NCBI GenBank assembly: GCA_951406725.2
Contig: OX597824.1
Span: forward strand, 76,880,001 to 76,944,000
DNA from: Octopus vulgaris
Lineage: Eukaryota
Length of the DNA stretch: 64,000 bases
Direction: 5' to 3'
The notes beneath the pieces were generated by a model. It was not told where the DNA came from. It did no database searches and saw only the letters and a program-made list of their open reading frames with translations. The position numbers and the translations under genes are program-made. Position 1 is the stretch's first letter; every line of letters starts with the position of its first letter. Below, one piece after another: positions 11,610-25,779 of the stretch.

Positions 11610-11820
11610 CAGGGTAGTAAGTTGGCAGAATTGTTAGAGAGTCAATGAATGCTTTGACGCATTTGTTCACAAGCTCTACGTTCTGGGTTCAAATCATGCT
11701 GTGGCCAGCTTTTCTATTTTACCCATGCAAGATCGATAAAAGAAAATGTACCAGTCATTAACTGTGGCTAATGATATTCACTAACCCACAGTCACCCACA
11801 AATGTGTTGGCCTTTTGTGT
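11610..11820 (+). mobile_element. SINE family M, degenerate
   Basis: TTGGCAGAATTGTTAG...CGTTCTGGGTTCAAATC...GATCGATAAA..GTACCAG. Confidence 0.65.
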
Positions 11821-12220
11821 GTTAAGGAAAACGAGAGTAGAACTGGAAAAGGTCTCTCACTCCTAATGAATTTGCTATGTATATATATATATATATATAT
11901 GTGTGTGTATTTATATATATATATGTATGTATGTACGTATGTATGTACGTACGTATGTGTGTATGCATGTATGTATGTATGCATGCATGTATGTATGTAT
12001 GTATGTATGTGTGTGTATGTATGTATGTATGTATGTATGTATGTATGTATGTATAACTTTTACAAGAGTTGGTGACAGTTTAATAAACATGTATTCTACT
12101 AAAGCATTCTGTAATTCTTCAGTTTAATGTTGGATTGCATTTTATATAGAACTTGACACAAACATATATATCAGTGTGTGTGTGTGGATGCATATATGGT
12201 CATACAAATATATATATATG

Positions 12221-12299
<79 letters not shown>

Positions 12300-12301
<2 letters not shown>

Positions 12302-12500
12302 ATCCAAACATGAATGCACAAAAAAAACACAACAAGGTGAGGATGTGGAGCAAATATAGTATTATTGGACGCTCAGGAAAGAAGGAAAGAAGGAGGGTTT
12401 AACGTTTCGAGCGGAGCTCTTCTTCGGAAACATAGGAGAAGAAAAGATCCGGAGAAGGGAAGACAGAGTTAAAAAATCACCAACGGTACACACGCGATAA
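12300..12500 (-). mobile_element. Short TA-flanked repeat with hammerhead-like motif (12397-12431)
   Basis: Minus strand GTTT-CCGAAGA-A-GAGC-TCC-GCTC-GAAA-CGTT-AAAC; related copies at 34380-34545 (+), 43825-44035 (+) and 45360-45510 (-). Confidence 0.6.
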
Positions 12501-12506
12501 TATATA

Positions 12507-12549
<43 letters not shown>

Positions 12550-12573
12550 GATTGGAGGTGATGTACAGATATC

Positions 12574-12787
12574 ATATATTAGAAGAAATAAGGTACTCAG
12601 AAATCTGGATGGTTTTACATCTACAGATTTTTATTAATATATCGCACGTTTTTATAAATCATATATTAGCACTTGCGTCCACACTAGCGCTAATAGATGA
12701 TTTATAAAAACATGTGACATATTAATAAATATCTGTAAGTATAAAACCATCCATATTTCTGAGTTCCTTATCTCTTCTAACATATAT
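12574..12787. repeat. Imperfect foldback element of about 210 bp between (TA)n tracts
   Basis: TTAGAAGA..CTCAGAAAT.TGGATGGTTTTA..TTTTTATAAATCAT pairs with ATGATTTATAAAAA..TAAAACCATCCA.ATTTCTGAG..TCTTCTAA. Confidence 0.8.
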
Positions 12788-12797
12788 ATACACATAC

Positions 12798-12855
<58 letters not shown>

Positions 12856-13639
12856 GGAGAGAAAGGCAGACAGATGAGTGAGAGACATACAGATAAAAAG
12901 ACATAGGTAGATAGATAGATAGACAGACAGACATACTCACAGACAGAAAGACTTACTGAGAGACAGACAGGTAAATAGATTGATATTCTGAGATCTCAGT
13001 CAACCAGATCTTCACAATAGATTTTGCTTTATTGTCATAGACTCACACCAATATTAAATGCTCAGATATTATTCTTAAAAATACTTTAAAATAATTATTA
13101 TAACATTTACAAACATAAAAGAAAAAATACAGATGTACACCTGCACACACACATACACACACACACACACACACACATATATTTAAAGCTGATAATATCA
13201 GTAACATATATATATATAACTATACTGTATGTATTCCTTACAAATATGGTGTCGTTACTTGTATTGCATTGTGTCTGTTCGGTATATTAACTGTTATTAT
13301 GGACATTGTCCAGGCATTACAGCTGTCATCCATTGTTGCAGAATACAGAGGTTGAACACCAGTCTTGAGAATAAATCTCAATGACAACCGTAGCAACAAC
13401 AACAACAACACCAACAAAACTGATGGCTAATCAAATGAATATTATTTGAATATAAATAAGATGAAGCAGCCAACGTTGTTTCAATAGACATGTACAAAGG
13501 ATGAGTAGATGAGGGTAAGTGTAACAAGATGAAACCCCTGTTTCCCAAAAGGAAACTCTGAATGGACCATAACAGAAGCATCATAGTCATCATCATTGTT
13601 TTGGATACAGGGGAGGATTGGCAACAGGAAGCGAATCAA

Positions 13640-13790
13640 GTCGTGGGCATCCAGCTGTAGAAACACTGCCAGATCAGACTGGAGCCTGGTGTAGCCTCCT
13701 GCCTCTTGGCTTCCCAGACCCCGGTTGAACCGTCCAACCCATGCCAGCATGGAAAACGGCCGTTAAACGATGATGCTGATGATGATGATT
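13640..13790 (+). mobile_element. RTE-type non-autonomous element, 3' part
   Basis: GGGCATCCAGCTGTAGAAAC...AACCCATGCCAGCATGGAAAACGG..(GAT)n. Confidence 0.8.
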
Positions 13791-14371
13791 ACACTATTGT
13801 CATCACCGTCACACTGTTGTCATCACCACCACATCTGCTGTTGCTCTAATCATCATTGTCATCATCATTGTCATCATCATCATTGTCATCATTATCATTG
13901 TCATCATCATCAGCATCATCCTCTTCATCATCCTTCTCATCATTGCTGTCATTGTCATCATCGTCATCTTTATTGTTGCTGTCATCATCATCACCGATGT
14001 TGTCATCATATATGTATACATATGTATGTTTCTGTGTATGTATGTATGATTGATTGCATGTAAAACCTAACGATCAGTCAGGAATCGCGTTTGTCTTAAT
14101 GAATGAAAAGATCAAAGGTGCAAATTGAAACTACAAAATCAATCAGGTAGGAAATATGTCAGAATAAAATATGGAGTCAAACCTACAAGAACAAATGAGG
14201 AATTAGACACATAGGAGTGAATCAGGAATCAACAGAGATCAAACTTGCACGGATGAATCATAGTTTCAACCTTCAAGTATTGACTAATGTATATGAATTC
14301 ATCACAAATCACAAACACACACACACACACACACACACACATGCACACACATGCACACACATGTGTGTGTG

Positions 14372-14407
<36 letters not shown>

Positions 14408-14408
14408 A

Positions 14409-14640
14409 TGTAGGAGTGGCTGTGTGGTAAGTAGCTTGCTTATGAACCATATGGTTCCAGGTTCAGTCCTACTGTGTGGCACCTTGGACAAATGTCTTCT
14501 ACTATAGCCTCGGGTCAACCAAAGCCCGTCGTATATATGTATATATGTGTGTGTATATGTTTGTGTGTCTGTGCTTGTCCCCCAACATCGCTTGACAACC
14601 AATGCTGGTTTGTTTACGGTTCAGCAAAAGAGACCAATAG
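14409..14640 (+). mobile_element. SINE family A, internally deleted
   Basis: Aligns by eye to 4377-4783. Confidence 0.8.
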
Positions 14641-15164
14641 ATAGCAAATAAAATAATTTGGAAGGTGAAGTTCTCATCAGCGGATACAGCAAAACATTAA
14701 CATATAAATTGAAAAATATGTCTATTGACTTTGTATTCATACTAGGCCACAGGTAGAAAAAATTTTCATAATTTTTCCTACCCTATATTAATTTATATAT
14801 ATGTATGTATATATTCATATATATATATATACATATATACATATATATACATATATATTTATGTATGTATGTATGTATGTATATGTAAATATATAGAGAT
14901 ATGTATATGTATGTATATATATGCATATATGTGTTTGTATATATATGTATATATATATATCAAATATTTTTGTATGTATATAGATTAATATATATATATA
15001 TATATCTATAAAGTATATATTTATATATAATATTTATGTATATATAAAGCATATATTTATGTATAATATATATATATAATATGTATATAATATATATATA
15101 TATATGATATATATTCATATATATGTATATATATATATATCATATATGTATGTACGTATGTATG

Positions 15165-15232
<68 letters not shown>

Positions 15233-15694
15233 AACATGCACATATGTATAGAGAGCGAGAGAGGGATATAGACACAGTCAGATATAGATACGCATGTACT
15301 TACATACACATCGGCACATATGCATACACACATATGTACCTACGCAATCATACATCCATCCATCCATACATACATAACCATACACTAATGTAGACCAGTA
15401 TTGGCTTCAACCACATATTTTCCCTGCTTTTTATGAAAGGTATATATGGTAAAAAAAATCAATGGTAGGAGAGTCATTGAGTCTACAAGTAACATAAGAA
15501 GCAATAATAGAATCTAAGAAGAAGAAAAAGAAGAGGAAGAAGAAGAAGAAGACGCTAAAAATCGATACAGATAAGACATATTAAGAGAGGATTTATAAAT
15601 AAATATATATACACTTATATACATAGATGTAAATATGAATATGAATATATATATATATATGTGTATATATATATATATATATATACATATATGT

Positions 15695-15725
<31 letters not shown>

Positions 15726-15812
15726 CATATATATATACACATCTGTGTTTGTGCAGATGTGTATATATGTACAAACATATACATATAGATTTTTGTATGT
15801 ATATATATACAC

Positions 15813-15868
<56 letters not shown>

Positions 15869-15873
15869 ATATG

Positions 15874-15931
<58 letters not shown>

Positions 15932-15934
15932 CAG

Positions 15935-15992
<58 letters not shown>

Positions 15993-16336
15993 TCTTTTGT
16001 TCTTTTATTTGTTTCAATCATTTGAATGGGGCCATGCTGGAGCACTGTCTTTAGTCGACTAAACCGAACTCAGATCTTATTGTTTGTAATCTTAGTACTT
16101 ATTCTATTAGTTTCTTTTGCCAAACTGCTATGTTACAGGTACATAAAGATACCAGCATTGGTGGGGTTTCAAACAAAGACACACACATATATATATATAT
16201 ACACATATATATATAAGATATAAATATTTAGAAATGAATGCGTGGCATTCAATCATATAATAATATAAATAATTAAAAAATACATATGTATATATACATA
16301 TATGTAGATACATACATTTATATGTATATATATACA

Positions 16337-16624
16337 GGCCGTTTGCCAGCTCTGTCTGGCCCCCGTGCCGGTGACACGTAAAAGCACCATCCGTTCGTGG
16401 CCGTTTGCCAGCTCTGTCTGGCACCTGTGCGGGTGGCACGTAAAAAGCACCCACTACACTCACAGAGTGGTTGGCGTTAGGAAGGGCATCCAGCCGTAGA
16501 AACATTGCCAGCTCAGACTGGGCCTGACGAAGCCTTCCGGCTTCACAGACCCCAGTTGAACCGTCCAACCTATGCTAGCATGGAAAGCGGACACTAAATG
16601 ATGATGATGATGATGATGATGATG
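16337..16624 (+). mobile_element. RTE-type non-autonomous element
   Basis: Head repeats GCCAGCTCTGTCTGGC..CACGTAAAAGCACC, family core and (GAT)n tail. Confidence 0.85.
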
Positions 16625-16807
16625 CATATATGCTTACAGGACATCACAAAATGTAAACATGAGATACGAAAACAACATGAAATACAAAGACAAACTTGGG
16701 TATGCAAACAATGAGAGAAACGAATGGAAAACAAGACAAGTAACATAAAGAATGACCCTTCATCAGTTGTCAGCTGTCCATCTACTCCTCATCTACTTTA
16801 GAGCAAG

Positions 16808-16957
16808 CTTCTTTCAGTTTTCATCTACCAAATCCACTCACAAGTTGCTGGTTGACCTGAGGCTATAGTAGAAGACACTTGCCCAAGGTGGCATGCGGTG
16901 GACTGAACCTGGAATCGTGTGGTTGGGAAATAAGCTTCTTACCACACAGTCATGCCT
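16808..16957 (-). mobile_element. SINE family A 5' part (3' part at about 16000-16180, minus)
   Basis: Reverse complement of the family A head. Confidence 0.75.
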
Positions 16958-17083
16958 GTTACTTCTGTCAGGAATTGGACTGTAATTATGCTACAGCATA
17001 CATATTTATATATGTGTATATATATGAGCATATACTTATGTGTATTCATATATGCATATATGTACAAACATATATATTTATAT

Positions 17084-17120
<37 letters not shown>

Positions 17121-17150
17121 CATAAACATAAATATGTAGTATACACACAC

Positions 17151-17185
<35 letters not shown>

Positions 17186-17674
17186 GGTATATACTGTATA
17201 TAGGTAAGACATATTTGAAGAAGTCTGTGGGAAAACAAAGCAGCTTTCTTGGAAGTAATCTTTTATGTTTTGTTTAATGGTTTTTTTATCTAATGGTTTT
17301 ATTTTTTGCTGCTTTTTTTCCAGAGAATTTTTTCTATTTTTTTTTCCTTTTTTTTGTGAAATGTCCCATATATTACTGTATCATTACATGAACTATTTTC
17401 GCTCTGTGGGTGACAAAGTGTTTGTTACTGTCCCCCACCTCTCCCTTTCTCTCTCTCATTTTATATATACCTATTGATTTATATGTATGTGTGTTTGTTT
17501 CTGTGTACACACACACAAATATATAAATATATATATATATACACAATATATACATATATACAAATACAGATAATCATATATATGTATATTCCTTTCATTT
17601 TGTTACTTCTGTCAAGAACTGGACTGTAATTATCCTATGGCATACATTCACTTATTATATGCATTTTCTGATAG

Positions 17675-17727
<53 letters not shown>

Positions 17728-18181
17728 CATAAATATAAATTCATATATACATGTATGTATATATACATATAAATATATATATATCTATTATATGTATATT
17801 ATATATGTCCTTATTCAGTTTTTTTTTTTCAAGATTTCTTGCCAATTGTGAAAGAACATCATCAACAGGGTATTTTTGTTTGTTTGTATGTATTTATGCG
17901 CAGATTTGTATGTTCTATGTATGTATTCTCATGCATATAGTTGCATTGTATGTTTGTATATATGTATGTCTGTATATATGTATTATTTAAAACAGTTTGA
18001 ACTGGATCCATATGATTTAAAGTTTCATAATACATGTAACTCCTAATAAGCGCTTTGAGTGCCCCTTTCCTTCATTTGTCCACTCATTTGTAATTATATT
18101 ATATATATATATACACACTCACATATATATAGCTACATACATTTATGTATGTATGTATGTATGTATGTATGTATGTTTGTA

Positions 18182-18255
<74 letters not shown>

Positions 18256-18303
18256 TGTATATATATGCGAGTGATTGGACGTGTGTGTGAGTGTTTGTGT
18301 GTT

Positions 18304-18334
<31 letters not shown>

Positions 18335-18639
18335 GTTTGTGTGTGTGTATTGTCATCATTGCTATCTGTGTGGGGAGCTTTCTTGTTCTACGAAGTTGCT
18401 CAACCCACTTCGATTACTTTTATTTTGCCTACTTCTAACATGGTTTTCAGGTTTTCAAGTAACTTTCAGAAACTCAGACAGGTGATCCTTCAGTATTGGT
18501 CTCCAGCGTGTCAGTATAGGGAGATGATGTCATTCACACCCTTTCATAGCCCAGCCTTTTTATCTATGGCATAAGAGAAGGTTGTATCGATGAATGACCT
18601 TAGGTTTATTTTAATCATTAGATGACATTCTCTGCACAG

Positions 18640-19530
18640 CACCATTGGGGACTGTAGGTGGTTTATTCACTGATGGTGACTTGTTTTCTCTTTTTTAGTG
18701 ATCCTTGGTTTTTCCTGTCCTTCTCAAAGAATTCACAGCCTACATAAGTGAGATTCTTGCTTTTTCTGTCTCTCCTTTGCAATAGTTTCAATCTTCTTTG
18801 GTTTGGTTGTTGTAAATCTGAGGTTTCAACTCACGATGTCTTTAATCCTTTCATTACCAATCCGGCTGAAACAGGCTCTGGCTCCGTAGTACAAATGCCT
18901 TGTTTTCATAAGTTTTGAATTAAAATTTCCCACCAAACCTTAGTCACAATTTATGTTCTTAACACTAGCTTAACGATGACTAAGTTATTTTACTAAATTC
19001 TTTGTTATATTTAAAGTAATTGAAAGGAACATAGAGCATCTCAAAATAAATACAGTAACGAAAGGGTTAAACCTCAGTGATCTTCTGTGATACCATTTAA
19101 TATTTTCCCCAATACAGATTAAAAGACAGTCTTCAGGATTCATTGGATTCATTGTCCATCCTTTGAGCATGGCTAATGCAGCATAACGCTTGGCCAATTA
19201 TCATCATTTTGATACTTGTCATTTCTGTCTGTTCAAGGACAAAGATGTGGGTCTTCTTTTGCTTCCAGTTAATATCTAAAAGTAAGCAAAGTCTTACTTG
19301 TTGGAACTGTTTAAACTATTTGGTGACATGTTGATAAATCCGTGTTTCTCCAGCCTAAAGAAGTGTACCAATAATAACCATTGCTTGATCATGGACAGCT
19401 TGGTGACAGTTTTAAATCCATAGTTCTTGAAGAGTCTTTGATAAAGCTTTTCATACATAACATAAGCAGCATGTATCTTTATGTCAATCTCATTGTCTGT
19501 ATTATTCTTGTTAAAGAATGATAGATTTGA
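18640..19530 (-). pseudogene. Decayed RTE-clade LINE 3' ORF region, interrupted by a MITE
   Basis: Minus-strand translation gives YEKLYQRLFKNYGFKTVTKLS, SHAQRMD and KDIVS.NLRFTTTKPKKIETIAKER, resembling RTE C-terminal motifs. Confidence 0.6.
18842..19070. mobile_element. piggyBac-like MITE
   Basis: TTAA-TCCTTTC...GAAAGGG-TTAA. Confidence 0.85.
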
Positions 19531-19604
19531 ATTCTAGCAAAATATATTGAGAAATCCTTCAGTTTTAATGTAAAATAGTTTTATTATAGCAAAAACAACC
19601 ATCA

Positions 19605-19635
<31 letters not shown>

Positions 19636-19661
19636 TGTATGTATGTATGTATATATATGTG

Positions 19662-19694
<33 letters not shown>

Positions 19695-19834
19695 ATATGT
19701 ATATATACACACACACATACATATATGCATACATACAACCCCCCACACACATATACATACACACATGTATATATATATAAATATATATATATATATGTAT
19801 GTATATACACATACATACATACATACATACATAA

Positions 19835-19896
<62 letters not shown>

Positions 19897-19994
19897 TTCT
19901 TGCCTCTTCAACAAACATTACTTTTCAATAGAGTTATTACTTACGACTCATAAAGATTTAAGAACTAGCTACTTTTGCTTCTTATCTCTCTCTT

Positions 19995-20033
<39 letters not shown>

Positions 20034-20041
20034 TTCTGTAC

Positions 20042-20079
<38 letters not shown>

Positions 20080-20339
20080 TATATAAGCAATCAGTATCTC
20101 TCAGTTTCCTTCTACCAAATCCACTTACAATGCTTTAGTCAGCTCAAGGCTATATTAAACGAAACTTGCCTAAGGTACTACACATTGGAACTGAACACGT
20201 GACTGCTGACCGCATGCTTAAGGATACTTTAAATGTTTGTCTGGACTAATTTTAGCCTCAGTATCTCTAATAAAGTTTTAAGAGGTCTCATATAGTTACA
20301 GATGCACCAGTTCTTTAGTGTACTTTGAAGCTACTTGTA

Positions 20340-20490
20340 CTCATATTGGTTTCAAATTTTGGCATAGAACCAGCGAATCTAGGTGGAGGGGGTGAGTGAG
20401 TAACATTGATCCCAATACATTACTGGTACTTATTGTATTGACACTGAAGAGATGAAAGACAAACTGAAACTCTGCAGAATTTAAACTCAA
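20340..20490 (-). mobile_element. SINE family M, degenerate
   Basis: CTGGTACTTATT..GATGAAAGACAAA..GAATTTAAACTC. Confidence 0.6.
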
Positions 20491-20513
20491 ATTTTTACTA
20501 ATATTAATACTAA

Positions 20514-20702
20514 TAACAAGTAATATTCGTAGCCACTTTAACATGGCCGTCTGTTCGAGTGGACTCTACTGCGATTTCTTTAAACCCCAAGAGGACATCT
20601 CTGGCTGGTTAATGATGCTCAGCTGTATCTGGGGTTAAAATTCACAGAAGAGTCCGCTTGAATGGACAGCCATGTTAAAGTGACTTTGAATATTACTTGT
20701 TA
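20514..20702. repeat. Imperfect foldback element of about 190 bp
   Basis: TAACAAGTAATATTC..CACTTTAACATGGC..GGACTCT pairs with AGAGTCC..GCCATGTTAAAGTG..GAATATTACTTGTTA. Confidence 0.8.
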
Positions 20703-20836
20703 GTACAACTACAGCATTTTCACAGTGTGACGTTTTTAGTAGTTCTTATTTAAATATCATATATATTAAATGGTATTTACATCTCACTGGATTGAGCACA
20801 TTTTGTTACTTCTACATGAAATGGGAATAGATCAAT

Positions 20837-20857
20837 CTATAGACAGTCAGACAGACT

Positions 20858-20946
<89 letters not shown>

Positions 20947-20972
20947 ACAGATAGGCAGACAGAGAGATAGAC

Positions 20973-21065
<93 letters not shown>

Positions 21066-21192
21066 TATATATAGATAGACAGATAGATAGATAGATCGAT
21101 AGATAGACAGACAGATAGATAGACAGATAGATAGATAGGTAGATAAATAGATAGATAGATAGACAGATAGAAAGATAGATAAACAGACAGAC

Positions 21193-21231
<39 letters not shown>

Positions 21232-21297
21232 TAGACAGATAGATCAACAGACAGATATACAGACAGATAGATAGATAGATAGACAGTCAGACAGACT

Positions 21298-21379
<82 letters not shown>

Positions 21380-21456
21380 CAGACAGATAGACAGATCGAC
21401 AGACAGATAGACAGAAAGACAGATAGATTAACAGAGAGATAGACAAATAGATAGAT
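20837..21456. repeat. (AGAT)/(AGAC)n microsatellite; shorter arrays at 29786-29854 and 47108-47242
   Basis: Direct reading. Confidence 0.95.
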
Positions 21457-21773
21457 CGTTTTTGCCTAAATTCTGATAGTTTTTTCCCTCCCTAAATAGT
21501 TGATGATGTTATGAGATGTTTCACAGCTGATGCTCATGTAAACACAAATGTCTCATTGAGCATCGTATAGCAAACATGAATGTTCAAGGCACGTGTTAAT
21601 AATAACGTTAATATAATAACTAAATACTAAATGTAACTATGGATACAATATTTGCTAAGAGTGTTTTTTTAATATATATTTCACATGAATGTCTCCATGT
21701 GTTTTTGGTTACTATTTTGTTTATCTATTTCACCACCACCACCATCATCATCATCATCAACATCATCATTATC

Positions 21774-21852
<79 letters not shown>

Positions 21853-22369
21853 CCTTCATCATCATCATCATTTAATGACCGGCATTGATCTGGCAGCTTT
21901 AACAGAAGCAAGTGGGGCCAAGGACTGTGCCAAGCTCCACAGTTTACTTTGGTATGGTTTTCGTAACTAAGATACCTTTCCTAAAAACCAGGAACTTTGC
22001 AGAGTGGACTCGGTGCCCTTTATGAAGCACTAGCATTGGCAAGGTCTGATTTGCCATGTTCTTTATGGCTGGATGCCCTTCCTAATGCCAACCACTTTAT
22101 AGGGTCAACTTTATTTATTCCTACATATTCTATAATTGTTAGCACATTGTAAAAATTTATTAGCATAAATCTTGAAATTTTGTTAAAGTAGGGCTTAGCT
22201 CTTTTGCTACAGAAATTAGGTATATCCATTAAAAATTTCGTTACCTTTAACCATAGAAAGTAGTTTTATAAACCAACCTATCTTTTGTTGAGAAATGTCA
22301 TGTTTGAAACTATCTTTCTTAGATATGTCAATTTTATTGAAGTAAATTGACTTGCAGGAAATATCACTT

Positions 22370-23215
22370 CTACTTGTAAGTACTTGGTGGCCTTGTCAGT
22401 GCAGGTGCCACTTAAAAGTACCCAGTCAATGCTGCAAAGTGGTTGGTGTTCAGAAGGGCATCCAGCTGTAAAAACCTTGCCAAAACTGACCTCACCTGTG
22501 CTTGTGCCACGTAAAAAGCACTAAGTCCACTCTGCTGAGTGGTTGGTGTTAGGAAGGACATCCAGCTGTAAAAACCTTGCCAAAACTGACCTCACCTGTG
22601 CTTGTGCCACGTAAAAAGCACTAAGCCCACTCTGCTGAGTGGTTGGTGTTAGGAAGGACATCCAGCTGTAAAAACCTTGCCAAGATTGACCTCACCTGTG
22701 CTTGTGCCACGTAAAAAGCACTAATTCCACTCTGCTGAGTGGCTGGTGTTAGGAAGGGCATCCAGCTGTAAAAACCTTGCCAAAACTGACCTCACCTGTG
22801 CTTGTGCCACGTAAAAAGCACTAAGCCCACTCTGCTGAGTGGTCGGTGTTAGGAAGGACATCCAGCTGTAAAAACCTTGCCAAGACTGACCTCACCTGTG
22901 CTTGTGCCACATTAAAAGCACTAAGTACACTCTGCTGAGCAGTTGGTGTTAGGAAGGGCATCCAGCTGTAAAAACCTTCCCAAAACTGACCTCACCTGTG
23001 CTTGTGACATGTTAAAAAGCACTAAGTTCACTCTGCTGAGTGATTGGTGTTTGGAAGGGCATCCAGCTGTAAAAATCTGGCCAAAACAGACACAGAAGTC
23101 TGGTGCAGGCTTCAGTCTGGCTAGCTCTTGTGGTATTGTCCCATCCACATTAGCTTGGAAGACGGATATTAAACGATGAGGATGATGATGATGATGATGA
23201 TGACGACGATGATGA
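22370..23215 (+). repeat. RTE-type element whose internal 100 bp is tandemly amplified about 6.5 times
   Basis: CTTGTGCCAC recurs at 22501, 22601, 22701, 22801 and 22901; the element ends in the family 3' end and (GAT)n. Confidence 0.9.
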
Positions 23216-23329
23216 CTTTGTTTAGAGGATAGTTAACATCATTACTGTAAATACTGGAATAACCATAAAAGTCTATTTTGCAGCTGATGCATCAAAGGGT
23301 GGAGTTTATGTATTTGTTTCTTTTCTGCT

Positions 23330-23540
23330 AGAATTGTTAGCACATTGGTCAAAATACTTTGTTTCAATTCTTTATATTCTGAGTTCAAATCCTGCCAAGA
23401 TTAACTTTACTTTTGAATCCTTTTAGAGTCAATAAAATAAAGTACCAACCAAGCACTGCAGTTGAAGTAACTGACTTGACCCCCACTCCCACCCCTCCAT
23501 CTAAAATTACTGGCCTTGTGCTGAAATTTGAAACCATTAT
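23330..23540 (+). mobile_element. SINE family M, degenerate
   Basis: CTGAGTTCAAATCCTGCCAAG..TTAACTTT..AAGTACC. Confidence 0.65.
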
Positions 23541-24094
23541 TTACTTATAGTTAACCTGATGCTTTTGGAATCATGTAGCCTAGTGGTTAAGGTATTGGGC
23601 CAGTGATTATAATAGACATGGGTTCAGTTCCTAGATAGAGTGGCACATTGTATCATTGAGCATAGCACTTCATTTCATGTTGTTCTAGTTTTACTTAGCT
23701 GTAAAAACCACTAGCAAAGGTTGCTGGTATAGCTCATTTTCCCATTCAGTCATTACATACAAGTTGATGGGATCTAGACTATGTCTGCTCATAACTACAT
23801 ATGCATCAGTTACAACTACATACGCATCAGTTAGCAAAAGCATGGTACATTCAGCAACCTGTAGTAATTCCTGAGTCATGCTTTGCCATACTAGCATGAT
23901 GCTATTTATTTTGATTCATGAGTACGTTAAACACTATATGTTATGTTAAATAAACTGTAATGCATATTGAAATCTGTTTATGAAATTAATAATTTTTTTA
24001 GATGTTCATTTGTCTTTTTGCTTCTGATAATTTTATTGCAGAGTAAAACAAATAAAAAGGGAAGAAAAGAAGACCAAACCAAATCATCCGTGAC

Positions 24095-24260
24095 TACCAC
24101 TTCAAAAGGGAAACATTGTTAATATGATGCTTCATTTAAAGTAAAAGCCATGCTATTTGCACAAAACTGTGGTTAATAGCTGCAAAGCTGCAAAACTGCA
24201 AAACTGAGTTTAGCATTTATGACACACAAGAGCATGACTAGCCATGCAACAACAAAATTA
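24095..24260 (+). pseudogene. pogo-family transposase N-terminal (Brinker-type DNA-binding domain) remnant
   Basis: YDASFKVKAMLFAQNCG at about 24123-24173 resembles the consensus YDAxFKLKVIxYA; stops and frameshifts present. Confidence 0.5.
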
Positions 24261-24319
24261 GAGCCCTTCTCAATAATGATCAACGAACCATTTACTACTT
24301 CAAACAGAAACCCCCTGAT

Positions 24320-24407
24320 GTCATCATCATCATCATCATCGTCGTCGTCATTGTCTTTGTCATTGTCAACATCAGCATCAGCATCATAATCGTCATCATC
24401 ATAATCG

Positions 24408-24450
<43 letters not shown>

Positions 24451-24716
24451 AATCGTTGTCATCATCATCGTCGTCATTGTCTTTGTCATTGTCATAATCA
24501 TCATCATAATCGTCATCGTCATCATCATCATCATCATCATCATCGTCATCATCATCATCGTCATCATCATCATCATCCTCATCATCATAATCGTTGTCAT
24601 CATCATCGTCGTCATTGTCTTTGTTATTGTCATAATCATCATCATAATCGTCATCATCATCATCATCATCATCGTCATCTTTGTCTTTGTCATCCTCATC
24701 ATCATCATCATCATCC
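24320..24716. repeat. (CAT)/(CGT)n microsatellite; others at 21740-21870, 26723-26985, 27225-27590 and 40135-40360
   Basis: Direct reading. Confidence 0.95.
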
Positions 24717-25010
24717 TATCTGCCAATGAAACCAGGAAACCGGCCCTTGTGTGCTAGGCACAGCTCAAGAAGGAACAAACAACAACATTGGTATGTGTGT
24801 GTTATATATGCAGTTGAAAAAACCCCACACCAAATCCCTATCTGTGTAAACAAAGAACATGATAGCTTGTAATAGCTGGGAGTTGCATATCATAATAATT
24901 AAGTCAAACCAAATATTGGACTCTATCATGTGTGTGTGAGTATGTGTGTCATCATTATCATCATCATCATCATTTACCTCTATGCTCCGAGTTGGCATGA
25001 TGACACCTAA

Positions 25011-25395
25011 AGGTGGTGAGCTGGCAGAATCGTTAGCATGCCGAGCGAAATGCTTAGCAGTATTTCGTCTGCCGCTACGTTCTGAGTTCAAATTCCGCCG
25101 AGGTCGACTTTGCCTTTCATCCTTTTGGGGTCGATTAAATAAGTACCGGTTATGCACTGGGGTCGATATAATCGGCTTAATCCGTTTGTCTATCCTTGCT
25201 TGTCCTCCCTGTGTTTAGCTCCTTGTGGGTAGTAAAGAAATAGAAATAGGTATTTCGTCTGTCTTTACTTTCTGGGTTCAAATTCCACCAAGGTCGACTT
25301 TGCTTTTCATCCTTTCAGGGTTGATAAATTAAATATCAGCTGTGTACTGGGGTCGATCTAATCGACTGCCCCCCTCCCACCAAATTTTAGGCCTG
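25011..25395 (+). mobile_element. SINE family M (tRNA head plus Meta-like domain), partly duplicated
   Basis: GAGCTGGCAGAATCGTTAGC..GAGTTCAAATTCCGCCGAGGTCGACTTTGCCTTTCATCCTTT..AAGTACC occurs, then repeats from 25250. Confidence 0.85.
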
Positions 25396-25779
25396 TGTCC
25401 ATAGACTGCAGTGAGTTTCAGTGACATAGTTTTTATGACTGGATGCCCCCTTCCTAATGCAGACCACATTACAGAATGCACAGGAGGCATTACTTCATGC
25501 AACCCACATTAAGTAGTATCAAACATGTGTACTGCTATATAAGATTTCAAAATGTTATATCACCTGTTTAATGTTATCAGACAGTTATTGCTATCTAACA
25601 GACAGCATCTCAAAGTGATGACAATAAACAGCTTATTCTGTGTTTATAATTTCTCTTCATTTATTTTTGTTTACCCTTTGTTTATCATTCAGCAATTTCT
25701 TATTGATTTATGTTTTTATGTCGACTATAATCAGATTTAATCATTTGAAAATTATGAGTTTCGACACAGAATGAATATA

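Noticed and set aside
16755-16775. CTGATGA on the minus strand (similar words at 4971, 30373-30380, 31604, 31628 and 36772)
   Set aside because: No correctly placed GAAAC-NUH and stem I, so not counted as hammerheads.
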